From Candidatus Latescibacterota bacterium (lineage in GTDB: Bacteria > Latescibacterota > UBA2968 > UBA8231), in assembly GCA_965208105.1 (NCBI GenBank), contig OZ242318.1, forward strand, positions 3,008,001-3,072,000: a DNA stretch of 64,000 nt, in the 5' to 3' direction. The notes beneath the pieces are model-generated. The model did no database searches, was not told the DNA's origin, and was given only the letters and a program-made list of their open reading frames with translations. Position 1 is the first letter of the stretch, and each line of letters starts with the position of its first letter. Shown here in pieces: positions 10,001 through 17,568 of the stretch. The position numbers and the translations under genes are program-made.

Positions 10001-10747
10001 ACCGAAGCGCCGGTGTAGATCTGCGAACTTTCTCAGGGCCTGGTCGTGGCTGCCTAGAAACAGGTCGATGCGGCCGGCGAAGAGCAAGGCGCTGGGAGCG
10101 ATGCGGGGTACTGGTTCAGCTGCACTTATCCGGGCAAGAAATTCCTGGGCTTTTTCCGCTTTTCCCATGGCAAAAAAGAGCTTGGCCAGGCCAAAGCGCG
10201 CCGCGTGGACTTGGCCGTGGGCCTTGTACTCGGAGATGACTTTGTGGTAGGCGCGCACAGCTTGTTCCAGCTCTTCTGCATGGCTATAATTGACCGCCGC
10301 CTCGATCAACATCTGGGGGGCAAATTTGCTGGTGCTGAAGCGGAATTGCACTTCTTCGTAGGCGCGGGCAGCTTCCATGTGCCGCCCCAGTGTGCTCAGG
10401 CACGCCGCCCGTTCCATATAAGCGTCGGCAGAGCTCAGGTGCTGGGGATGTTCCTGGAAGAAATCCTGGTAGGCATTGATGGCCAGATCACAGCGGCCGC
10501 CTTTCCCAAGGGAGCGAGCCAGCATGAGCCGGGCATCGGCAATGTGCTGGCTGTCGGGGTATCTGCGTATGAAATCGGTGAACAACTCGGCGGCGGTGGC
10601 GTAATCGCGGGCATCTCGATATAGGTTGCGGGCAAGCTTGAAGTCATCGTCGGCGCTGTTCTGAGACCAGGCGGCCACGGCAAAATAAGCAACAAGGGCA
10701 AAAAGGATCGCGCAGGCTGGAGACCTGATGAGAGCGTTGATGGCCAA
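7091..10747 (-). CDS. Large exported tetratricopeptide-repeat protein (1218 aa)
   Basis: Signal peptide followed by many TPR units of the BamD/CpoB type (e.g. FIRRYPDS, FLEQFPSH, LLREFPHH). Confidence 0.85.
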   Translation of the reverse strand: MAINALIRSPACAILFALVAYFAVAAWSQNSADDDFKLARNLYRDARDYATAAELFTDFIRRYPDSQHIADARLMLARSLGKGGRCDLAINAYQDFFQEHPQHLSSADAYMERAACLSTLGRHMEAARAYEEVQFRFSTSKFAPQMLIEAAVNYSHAEELEQAVRAYHKVISEYKAHGQVHAARFGLAKLFFAMGKAEKAQEFLARISAAEPVPRIAPSALLFAGRIDLFLGSHDQALRKFADLHRRFGAASQSDSAYLDQATFFYERHNFQQASDAFEAAYRQIEDAGLKIRAHLGLADSRLRNGQPQQAVLHFNALLKKLPVGHAHRAQAQLGLAVACGQTGKFPLAVSLFHELIRAHSSDPEGITALRELGALYQRRKDYPPAIAWYQRYLQKVDSDADRDPVILSLARIYGASGYYQDAISAYRDLAERSSALAATARFNLAQAHEKNDQPRLALREYVKFLEQFPSHSQSRAARERTEFLREFTVLDLKALNRALHQVWIDQLGGAPRHKTQMKLAKILYDHHDFANAARAFEACTATGRDSLYLAEARYYLGESLLRLARQRKLEGLPEATDSLRQVALQKYRLITEADSGEWALRAQIRLVEAQAARAPDSLRHQLLESGFSGLLEKHAGAESPHLDRALLHLASARRHLGKSDSTQLERAITTYRQVDRESPLYAEALFGLGLCHGSRGELQAAVDFLERVLRDYPAFSHADQVLDELGKLLIRQDRPGAALARYQELLWSHPAFPQRPSVQLRIADIHFQLGNYASAIELYRQLALQGPGEDTRGYIKRRLAQAHHRRGEYSAARELYNQILAEDSQEAALDSILFDQAKLLVKVGRPEEAIPQLLRVRDEFSNSPLASDAAQMAGNLYFELGRLDKAYQTYLPILSEIMDAQVHGQSTIALFRLDRLEEARKAVAAFSRRSPKDADWLLRFQLEEGQHHLRKKNYKKALKFFRQLEKKGGDWADDGAYYAALALWEQNLASPSEERGVQALQAQSLFIKNFPHSPYSAAVHLRLANYHHGLRNYLVAAGAYKRVLKEHVAADLKEEAVWNLLDCYMRVFEFEEAHQAALRLLREFPHHPKARETELQLGIILKDKGQYAQAIAQLEKTLDWARGNDASEARFYIAESYQNMGEYRKAIEAYYRVSFHGAEGFSQWISSADFKRAQCHEALNELSTAISVFERIVRREGTDSPQGQMAADRIEILRQRL

Positions 10748-10902
10748 AGGATAGAGCCTTGTTCTTCTGTTGTCGGGAGAGACAACCTGAAAATGGTTTG
10801 GCGATTGGGCGGAGTGCCTGTGGCTGCCTTGCAGTGGGTAAGGAATTACAAAAGGCTACTTCGATAAACGGCACCTAAGTTCCTGATATTAACCATTATA
10901 GA

Positions 10903-11799
10903 ATGAATATAGTGAGAGGTCAAGAGCGCGTGGGAGAAGGCCTGATCGTGGAGAAAGCCTACGCTAAAATCAATCTGGGGCTGAAAGTCCTGAAACGGCG
11001 CAAGGATGGATTCCACGAAATTTGCGGTATCGTACAGAGTATTGATCTGGCCGACTCGCTGCACTTCCGCAAGAGTGATGAGAACCGCCTAACTTGCACC
11101 GACCCCAGATTGTCCGTCGCCGCGGACAACCTCGTTGTCCAGGCCATGAAACTGTTCAATGCTCACTTGCAAGTGACACCCAGGCCATTGCACCTCCATC
11201 TGGAAAAGATAATTCCTTCAGGGGCCGGCCTTGGTGGAGGCAGCGCGGATGCCGCGGCGGCCCTGCGAGGATTGAACCGCCTGTACCGGTTGCCTTTCAG
11301 TATGGATGCACTGCGGGAAATGGCAGCCTGCCTGGGGTCGGATGTGCCATTTCTGGTCGATGGTGGTACTGCGTTGATGCGCGGACGAGGCGAAATAGTT
11401 GAGCCTCTCAGGTGGAAGGGCGAGACAACCTACCTGCTCGTCTATCCAGGGGTAGAAGTGAGCACGGCCTGGGCATATCGGCAAGTGAAAGCAGGCTTGA
11501 CACTCGAGTCGCCTTATCTTAAATTTATTGCTTCACTTAGCGGCGGGTGCGTTGACCACGAGTCCCTTGTTCTCCTGCTGGAAAACGATTTCCAACCTGT
11601 GGTCGAACGCGCCTATCCCATCGTCGCGGAACTGAGCTCCCAGCTCAGGGTGGCCGGAGCCTTGGCCTGCTCCATTTCAGGGAGTGGTTCGACAGTATAC
11701 GGCATTTTCGACGATCGGACCGTTGCGTGCCAAGCTCGGCAGGAGATTCAAGGCAAGGGATTTCAAACATTCCTTTGCCGGCCCTTCTGCCCACAATGA
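10903..11799 (+). CDS. ispE: 4-diphosphocytidyl-2-C-methyl-D-erythritol kinase
   Basis: AYAKINLGLKV, GAGLGGGSADAAA, LGSDVPF and SGSGSTVYG motifs. The true start may be a few codons downstream. Confidence 0.95.
   Translation: MNIVRGQERVGEGLIVEKAYAKINLGLKVLKRRKDGFHEICGIVQSIDLADSLHFRKSDENRLTCTDPRLSVAADNLVVQAMKLFNAHLQVTPRPLHLHLEKIIPSGAGLGGGSADAAAALRGLNRLYRLPFSMDALREMAACLGSDVPFLVDGGTALMRGRGEIVEPLRWKGETTYLLVYPGVEVSTAWAYRQVKAGLTLESPYLKFIASLSGGCVDHESLVLLLENDFQPVVERAYPIVAELSSQLRVAGALACSISGSGSTVYGIFDDRTVACQARQEIQGKGFQTFLCRPFCPQ
11497..11525 (+). promoter_or_regulatory. Putative sigma-70 promoter inside ispE, driving tRNA-Gln and rplY
   Basis: TTGACA-N17-TAAATT in a locally AT-rich patch of the ispE coding sequence. 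Confidence 0.6.
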
Positions 11800-11828
11800 A
11801 TGCAATTCAACAGAACCGCTATTGAGGT

Positions 11829-11903
11829 TGCCCGGTCGTTCAACTGGCAGGACAACGGATTTTGGTTCCGTCTATCGAGGTTCGAATCCTCGCCGGGCAG
11901 CCA
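11829..11903 (+). tRNA. tRNA-Gln (anticodon TTG)
   Basis: Acceptor TGCCCGG/CCGGGCA, anticodon arm ACGGA-TTTTGGT-TCCGT, T-loop GTTCGAATC, encoded CCA. Confidence 0.95.
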
Positions 11904-11948
11904 TAAGCTGATATTGTCGGACTCTTTTGATCTATAGGGAAGGATTAC

Positions 11949-12629
11949 ATGGCAGAGATTTCAGTCGAGATCAAGATGCGCGAAGAGGTTACCATGCCGG
12001 TTCAGATGCGTGTCGAGCAGGGCAAGGAACAGGTCGGAAGGTTGAGGCGGAAAGATGGCATGCTACCCGGAGTTCTCTATGGCCACAAGCAGAAGCCTCT
12101 TCTCTTCAAGGCCGATACACTTTCCCTGGAACGCGCTTTGAGCAAGGGTGGTTCGAATGCCATTTTCATGGTTCAATTCGCGGATGGGGTTCCCCAGCGC
12201 GCCATTGTTCGGGAGATTCAGTACCACAAGGTTCGGGGAGAAATTCTCCATGTCGATCTTCTTCGCATCGATCCGGAGGAAAGATTGCGGGTAAGCGTGC
12301 CGATTATTCCCCAGGGTACGCCGGAGGGCGTCCGCGCCGGCGGCGGTTTGCAGCAGTCTATCCAGGCCATCGACATGGAGTGCGTGGTGGCCGAGATGCC
12401 TAGCAGTATCGACGTGGACATCACCAACCTCCAGGTGGGGGATAGTGTGCAGGTGAAAGACCTGCTGGAGCGAGAGGACCGCATTGTATCGGATCCAGAC
12501 CACACCATCTTCAACGTGCTGGCTCCCAGAGTGGTTGAAGAGGTCGTCCCCGAGGAGGAGGAAGATGCTGAGGAAGGAGAAGCCGAAGTTGGTGAAGGCG
12601 AAGAGACCGAAGACGGGGAAGCGGAATAG
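11949..12629 (+). CDS. rplY: 50S ribosomal protein L25/Ctc
   Basis: RLRR..G.LPGVLYG and REIQYH...ILHVDL motifs, CTC C-terminal domain, acidic tail; upstream of pth. Confidence 0.93.
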   Translation: MAEISVEIKMREEVTMPVQMRVEQGKEQVGRLRRKDGMLPGVLYGHKQKPLLFKADTLSLERALSKGGSNAIFMVQFADGVPQRAIVREIQYHKVRGEILHVDLLRIDPEERLRVSVPIIPQGTPEGVRAGGGLQQSIQAIDMECVVAEMPSSIDVDITNLQVGDSVQVKDLLEREDRIVSDPDHTIFNVLAPRVVEEVVPEEEEDAEEGEAEVGEGEETEDGEAE

Positions 12630-12638
12630 CTCATCGAA

Positions 12639-13229
12639 ATGGGAGGCGCTTTGCAGGTTGTCATCGGCCTGGGGAATCCCGGACCGCGATATGAAGCGAC
12701 AAGGCACAACATAGGATTTGTGGTGGTGAACAAGCTGGCCAGGGAAGCTGGCGGCAAGTGGTTCAATGACCCGGGGGCCCGTTGTGAACTGGCCGCGACC
12801 GAGCTTGCGGAGAAGGAAGTGTTGCTCGTTAAGCCCCAGACCTACATGAACAAGAGCGGTGAAGCCGTCGCCGCCTTGTTGGGACGGGCGGATATTGCAC
12901 CGCATGATTTCCTGATAGTGCTGGACGATTTTTACCTGGACTTCGGCCGGTTGCGATTTCGCCGCAATGGCAGCAGCGGGGGCCACAATGGTCTGTATTC
13001 CGTGCTCAGGCATCTGCAAACCGACCAGGTCGAGCGTTTGCGTCTCGGCATTGGTTGTCCCCCGCCTGGTGAAAACATCATTGACTACGTGCTGAGCCCG
13101 TTTGAACCGGGTGAGGAGCGAGAGAAACTGGCAGGGCTTGGTTGCGAGGCCGTTGACGTATATCTGAGGGAAGGCATCGAATCAGCGATGAATCGATTTA
13201 ATGGCCAAAAGGAAGACTCGATAATTTAA
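12639..13229 (+). CDS. pth: Peptidyl-tRNA hydrolase
   Basis: GLGNPG..Y..TRHNIGF, KPQTYMN.SG and GGHNGL motifs. Confidence 0.96.
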   Translation: MGGALQVVIGLGNPGPRYEATRHNIGFVVVNKLAREAGGKWFNDPGARCELAATELAEKEVLLVKPQTYMNKSGEAVAALLGRADIAPHDFLIVLDDFYLDFGRLRFRRNGSSGGHNGLYSVLRHLQTDQVERLRLGIGCPPPGENIIDYVLSPFEPGEEREKLAGLGCEAVDVYLREGIESAMNRFNGQKEDSII

Positions 13230-13256
13230 TGGCCGGGATTTAAAAAGGGAACTCAT

Positions 13257-15296
13257 ATGCAAACTTGGACATCGATGGCGCCGTACATGGGTCTGGCGGG
13301 TTTGTTCTTCGCCTTGTTGATCTATCAATATATCAAGCGCCAGCCTGGCGGGTCAGAAAAAATGATCGAGATCTCCGACGCGGTGCATGAAGGGGCCATG
13401 GCGTTTCTGCGGCGGGAGTACTCGATCCTCCTGGCCTTTGTTGCTGTCGTGTTCGTCTTGTTGTTCTCCATGGTGGACCAGCGTACAGCGTTTGCCTTCC
13501 TGGCTGGTGCCGGCTGTTCGATTCTGGCAGGTTTCGTCGGAATGAAGGCCGCAACGCGGGCAAATGTGCGCACCGCCCATGCAGCTGCTGAGAAGGGCCA
13601 GGGTCCTGCGCTGAGCATGGCTTTTGCAGGCGGTTCGGTCATGGGATTGGCAGTGGCGAGTCTGGGCCTCCTGGGCGTAGCCACCCTCGCCCAGATTTTT
13701 GGAATATGGGACCATGCCGGCAACGCCAAGGCCATAAACGGCTTTGCCATGGGTGCCAGTTCAATCGCACTATTCGCCAGGGTAGGTGGTGGCATCTTCA
13801 CCAAGACTGCGGATGTGGGAGGGGACCTGGTCGGAAAGGTGGAAGCGGGGATTCCAGAGGACGATCCGCGCAATCCGGCCACCATAGCCGACAATGTGGG
13901 CGACAATGTTGGGGATGTCGCCGGCATGGGTGCCGACATATTCGAATCCTACGTGGGCTCGGTAATCGCCAGCATTGCCATAGCGGCAACAGCATCTGCC
14001 GCCCTCCTGAGCAAATTGGCACCCGAGCTCGACACTGGCCAGGCGCGCCTGGCGGCAATGGCATACCCGGTCATGGTGATCATGATCGGCCTGGTCGCTT
14101 CGCTTGTTGGCGTGCTGGCCGTGCGAGTCCTTCAAAATCGCGATCCGGGGGCTGCATTGAGATATGCCACCTTTGTGGCCGCCGCCCTCATGTTGCTAGG
14201 GGCATATCAGGCGGTGAGAATATTGAATCTTTCCAATGGCCCGTTCCTGGCAGTTCTGTGCGGCGCGGTGGCTGGTATAATTATCGGGCTTCTGACCGAA
14301 TATTATACTGGTGGCAGGCCGGTCCGCTCCATTGCCGAAGCCTCCAAAACCGGGTCGGCCACAAATATTATCACCGGTTTCGCCGTGGGAATGGAGAGCA
14401 CGGCGCTCCCGATCCTGGGCATCGTCGGCGCAATCTTTCTGGCGCATCACTTTGCCGGGCTCTACGGGATCGGGGTGGCGGCGGTGGGTATGCTTGCCAC
14501 GGTGGGAATTACGATGTCAGTGGATGCCTATGGACCTATCGCCGACAATGCCGGGGGGATTACCGAGATGTCGGGTCTGGGCGAAGAAGTCCGGAAAATT
14601 ACTGATGGATTGGATTCCCTGGGGAATACAACCGCAGCCATAGGCAAAGGATTCGCCATCGGGTCGGCGGCTCTGACCGCCCTGGCCCTGTTTTCGGCGT
14701 ACACCACCTCTGTAATGGTCGGTCAAGGAGGCGTGCCTATCGTCATCGACATAACTACTCCCAATGTGGTAATCGGGCTATTCATTGGAGCCGGCATTCC
14801 CTACCTGGCGGGGGCCTTGACCATGAAGTCGGTAGGCAGGGCTGCCTTCAAGATGGTCGAGGAAGTTCGGCGTCAGTTCAGGGAAATTTCAGGGATTATG
14901 GATGGGTCAGGCAAGCCCGACACCCGTCGGTGTGTGGAGATATGCACATCGTCTGCATTAAAGGAAATGATTCTGCCTGGTTTGCTGGCTGTAGTTGCTC
15001 CGGTTGCCGTCGGATTTTCATTGGGGCCGGTGGCCTTGGGAGGCATGCTGGCGGGAGCTACGATCAGCGGGGTACTACTCGCGCTGTTGATGGCCAATAG
15101 TGGCGGTGCCTGGGACAATGCCAAGAAGTGGATCGAGCAAGGCAACCTGGGAGGAAAAGGATCCGAACCCCACAAGGCCGCGGTGGTGGGCGATACCGTT
15201 GGAGACCCGTTCAAGGATACCACGGGACCTTCAATGAATATCCTCATCAAATTGATGTCCGTTGTTTCCCTGGTCCTGGTCCCGCTTTTTGTGTGA
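13257..15296 (+). CDS. hppA: Membrane-integral pyrophosphatase, K+-dependent, probably Na+-translocating
   Basis: [39 protein letters not shown] (Ala at the K+-dependence determinant) and [10 protein letters not shown]. Glu in ADIFESY matches Na+-PPases. Confidence 0.93.
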   Translation: MQTWTSMAPYMGLAGLFFALLIYQYIKRQPGGSEKMIEISDAVHEGAMAFLRREYSILLAFVAVVFVLLFSMVDQRTAFAFLAGAGCSILAGFVGMKAATRANVRTAHAAAEKGQGPALSMAFAGGSVMGLAVASLGLLGVATLAQIFGIWDHAGNAKAINGFAMGASSIALFARVGGGIFTKTADVGGDLVGKVEAGIPEDDPRNPATIADNVGDNVGDVAGMGADIFESYVGSVIASIAIAATASAALLSKLAPELDTGQARLAAMAYPVMVIMIGLVASLVGVLAVRVLQNRDPGAALRYATFVAAALMLLGAYQAVRILNLSNGPFLAVLCGAVAGIIIGLLTEYYTGGRPVRSIAEASKTGSATNIITGFAVGMESTALPILGIVGAIFLAHHFAGLYGIGVAAVGMLATVGITMSVDAYGPIADNAGGITEMSGLGEEVRKITDGLDSLGNTTAAIGKGFAIGSAALTALALFSAYTTSVMVGQGGVPIVIDITTPNVVIGLFIGAGIPYLAGALTMKSVGRAAFKMVEEVRRQFREISGIMDGSGKPDTRRCVEICTSSALKEMILPGLLAVVAPVAVGFSLGPVALGGMLAGATISGVLLALLMANSGGAWDNAKKWIEQGNLGGKGSEPHKAAVVGDTVGDPFKDTTGPSMNILIKLMSVVSLVLVPLFV

Positions 15297-15340
15297 AGAT
15301 GGCAATTTCAATTTCAATCGTTTAGGCACTGGAAAATCCC

Positions 15341-15865
15341 ATGAAGAACTACGAGCTTGTCTGCATCCTGGATCCTCAGTTCGGGGACAATCATTTCGCC
15401 ACAATGGTGGAAAAGTACGAGGGCTACCTTGTGGAGAACAAGGCAACGGTGGTCAACATCGATCACTGGGGAATGCGCCGGATGGCTTATTCTTCCGCAA
15501 GTTTAAAGAAACGCCAGCAGGGATATTACGTGCTTTTTCAGTTCACCGCGCAGCCATCCATTCTCAGTGGGCTGGAACACCAACTTGGTCTCGACGAAGG
15601 AGTTCTGCGCCATCTGGTCGTCGGGGTCAAAGGAGAATTCATGCGCGTCCCACAGCTGGTTCCGGAAGGATCGGTCTTTCAAGAGTCGTCCCCCCGGGAT
15701 AGGGATACCGGCAGGTATAGAGGTGCCCCATCTCCAGCCGCCGAGTCCGGTGGCACGGCCCGCGGGGAATCCCGCAAGGATAAACCGGAAGCTGATGATG
15801 GGAAAAAGGCCCGGGAGGCTGAAGGCGAAGATAGCCAGAAGCGGACGGAGGGTACGGCCAGCTAG
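15341..15865 (+). CDS. rpsF: 30S ribosomal protein S6 with a long charged C-terminal tail
   Basis: MKNYELVCILDP...WGMRRMAY...GYYVL...VLRHLVV. Confidence 0.93.
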   Translation: MKNYELVCILDPQFGDNHFATMVEKYEGYLVENKATVVNIDHWGMRRMAYSSASLKKRQQGYYVLFQFTAQPSILSGLEHQLGLDEGVLRHLVVGVKGEFMRVPQLVPEGSVFQESSPRDRDTGRYRGAPSPAAESGGTARGESRKDKPEADDGKKAREAEGEDSQKRTEGTAS

Positions 15866-15941
15866 GCGGAGCCCGGAATCAGAATCCCGGAGCAAAGCGG
15901 CCCCGATTAACCGAACTGAAGCCGCAGATTCCTGTTGCTGA

Positions 15942-16766
15942 ATGCTTTTACTGACAAGTATCGCCCTGGCTTCAGCCGCGCTTTTGGCCTGCCTCAGGTA
16001 CGGCCCCCAACGCCTGTTGCTCCCGACGGCCTTGTTTTCATTGCTACTTGCTTCCCTGGTCAGTGGGGGAGTGGGCTGCGCACCCATAATGGGGATTATC
16101 GCCGGGATTCAGGTAGAGCGTCGGAGAAGCTTCGGCCAAATCATCGGAGCCGCGGCTGTTCCCGGCGCTGCCCTTGGCCTATGGCTTCTGATTACCGGCC
16201 GCGAGATCACGGCGCGCGAGGCCGCCATCGAGCGGTTGGTGCAGCAGTTGCAGGACACCGGGCTTGGGCAGTTGGAGAACGAAGTTTATTCTCTGCAAGA
16301 ACTGGCGAGCCTGGCACTGCGGCTGCAGCCAGGCATTGAGTTCGTATCAGCATTGTTCACGATCGTCCTGGCCTATCGGGTAAGCCAGTTGGTAGCTGGC
16401 CGCATATCACTCGGTATGCCCGCTGCTCTCCCATTGCGTTTGTGGCGGTTGTGGGAAGAGCTGATCTGGGTGCTTGTGGCGGGACTGGCCCTGGGATTGA
16501 TGAGCAGGGGCCTGGTGGAGGATTTTGCGGTAAACCTCGTGACCGTCATGCTGATTCTCTATGCGGTCCAGGGAGTGGGCCTGGTGCGCTATTACTTCTG
16601 GCGCTTGCGCATTTTCTGGATGGTAGAGATGCTCTTTTTCCTGGTTTTGCTGTTTGCATCGGGCATTGCAGCGCTTTTTCTAGCTGGCCTGGGGCTGCTG
16701 GATACCTGGTTCGACTGGAGGGGATTACGTGCCTCATCTGCATCCGCCGAAGAAAACGGCAGGTAG
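15942..16766 (+). CDS. DUF2232/YybS-family membrane protein
   Basis: Multi-TM protein with YAVQG.G and GLGLLDTWFDWR motifs; usual position upstream of rplI. Confidence 0.8.
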   Translation: MLLLTSIALASAALLACLRYGPQRLLLPTALFSLLLASLVSGGVGCAPIMGIIAGIQVERRRSFGQIIGAAAVPGAALGLWLLITGREITAREAAIERLVQQLQDTGLGQLENEVYSLQELASLALRLQPGIEFVSALFTIVLAYRVSQLVAGRISLGMPAALPLRLWRLWEELIWVLVAGLALGLMSRGLVEDFAVNLVTVMLILYAVQGVGLVRYYFWRLRIFWMVEMLFFLVLLFASGIAALFLAGLGLLDTWFDWRGLRASSASAEENGR

Positions 16767-16818
16767 ACAGTCCGGACTGAAGGGAGGCTCCTGAGTCATT
16801 CAGTTGGGAGGTACCACT

Positions 16819-17262
16819 ATGAAAATTATTCTGACCGAGGACGTGGATCGGGTAGGCAATGCCGGGGAAATTGTTCAGGTTGCCGATGGTTTTGCGCGAA
16901 ACTTTCTGATTCCCCAGCGCCAGGCACTGATTGCTACAGATTCCAACGTGGCGCGTTTCGAGTCGAGACGCAAACAGCACCAGGCCGCAGCTGAAAAGGC
17001 TCGGCGAAGGAACACGACCCTGGCTCAGGACCTGGAGAAGGACTCCCTCACAGCGGTTGTACATGTGGGGGAAGAAGATCGACTCTTTGGCTCGGTGACG
17101 GCACAACACATTGCTGATCTGCTGGTTGAAAAGGGCTATGAGATCGATCGTCGACAGGTACTTCTCGAGGAGCCAATCCGGTCCCTGGGAGTTTTCAACG
17201 TCAGTATTCGCCTGCATGCTGAAGTAACAGCTACCGTCAAACTTTGGGTGGTCAAAGAGTAG
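16819..17262 (+). CDS. rplI: 50S ribosomal protein L9
   Basis: MKIILTEDV...V.DGFARNFLIP and LFGSVT motifs; GGAGG RBS upstream. Confidence 0.96.
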   Translation: MKIILTEDVDRVGNAGEIVQVADGFARNFLIPQRQALIATDSNVARFESRRKQHQAAAEKARRRNTTLAQDLEKDSLTAVVHVGEEDRLFGSVTAQHIADLLVEKGYEIDRRQVLLEEPIRSLGVFNVSIRLHAEVTATVKLWVVKE

Positions 17263-17334
17263 AAAACCGCAGGTGCTTCTTCCATTCGATTTTCCCTGAC
17301 CATAATGCGAATAAGTGGCCGCTTGCCAGTTCAA

Positions 17335-17350
17335 AGGCACGGCCGCTGCA
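17335..17350 (+). promoter_or_regulatory. Possible sigma-54 (-24/-12) promoter upstream of tRNA-Sec
   Basis: AGGCACG-GCCG-CTGCA has GG-N10-GC spacing and would place a TSS about 5 nt before the tRNA; two deviations from consensus. Confidence 0.3.
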
Positions 17351-17365
17351 AACCAGAAAAAATTG

Positions 17366-17464
17366 GGGAGCGGATGCGTGCCTGGTGGTTGCCGCGGACT
17401 TCAAATCCGTTGCGGCGGCGCGAGAGTGCCGCCGGGTGGGTTCGATTCCCACACGTTCCCGCCA
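17366..17464 (+). tRNA. selC: tRNA-Sec (anticodon TCA)
   Basis: 99 nt; anticodon arm GCGGA-CTTCAAA-TCCGT; long variable arm GGCGGCGC-GAGA-GTGCCGCC; T arm GTGGG-TTCGATT-CCCAC; G discriminator plus CCA. Confidence 0.93.
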
Positions 17465-17568
17465 ACTACAGGCTGTGAAGAAATAATTTGGCGATAAAAT
17501 GGAAGCAGACCCACCATGGCTTGGCTTCAATTTTTGATGGTCAAGGAAATCATCCCTGAGGGTAAGGC

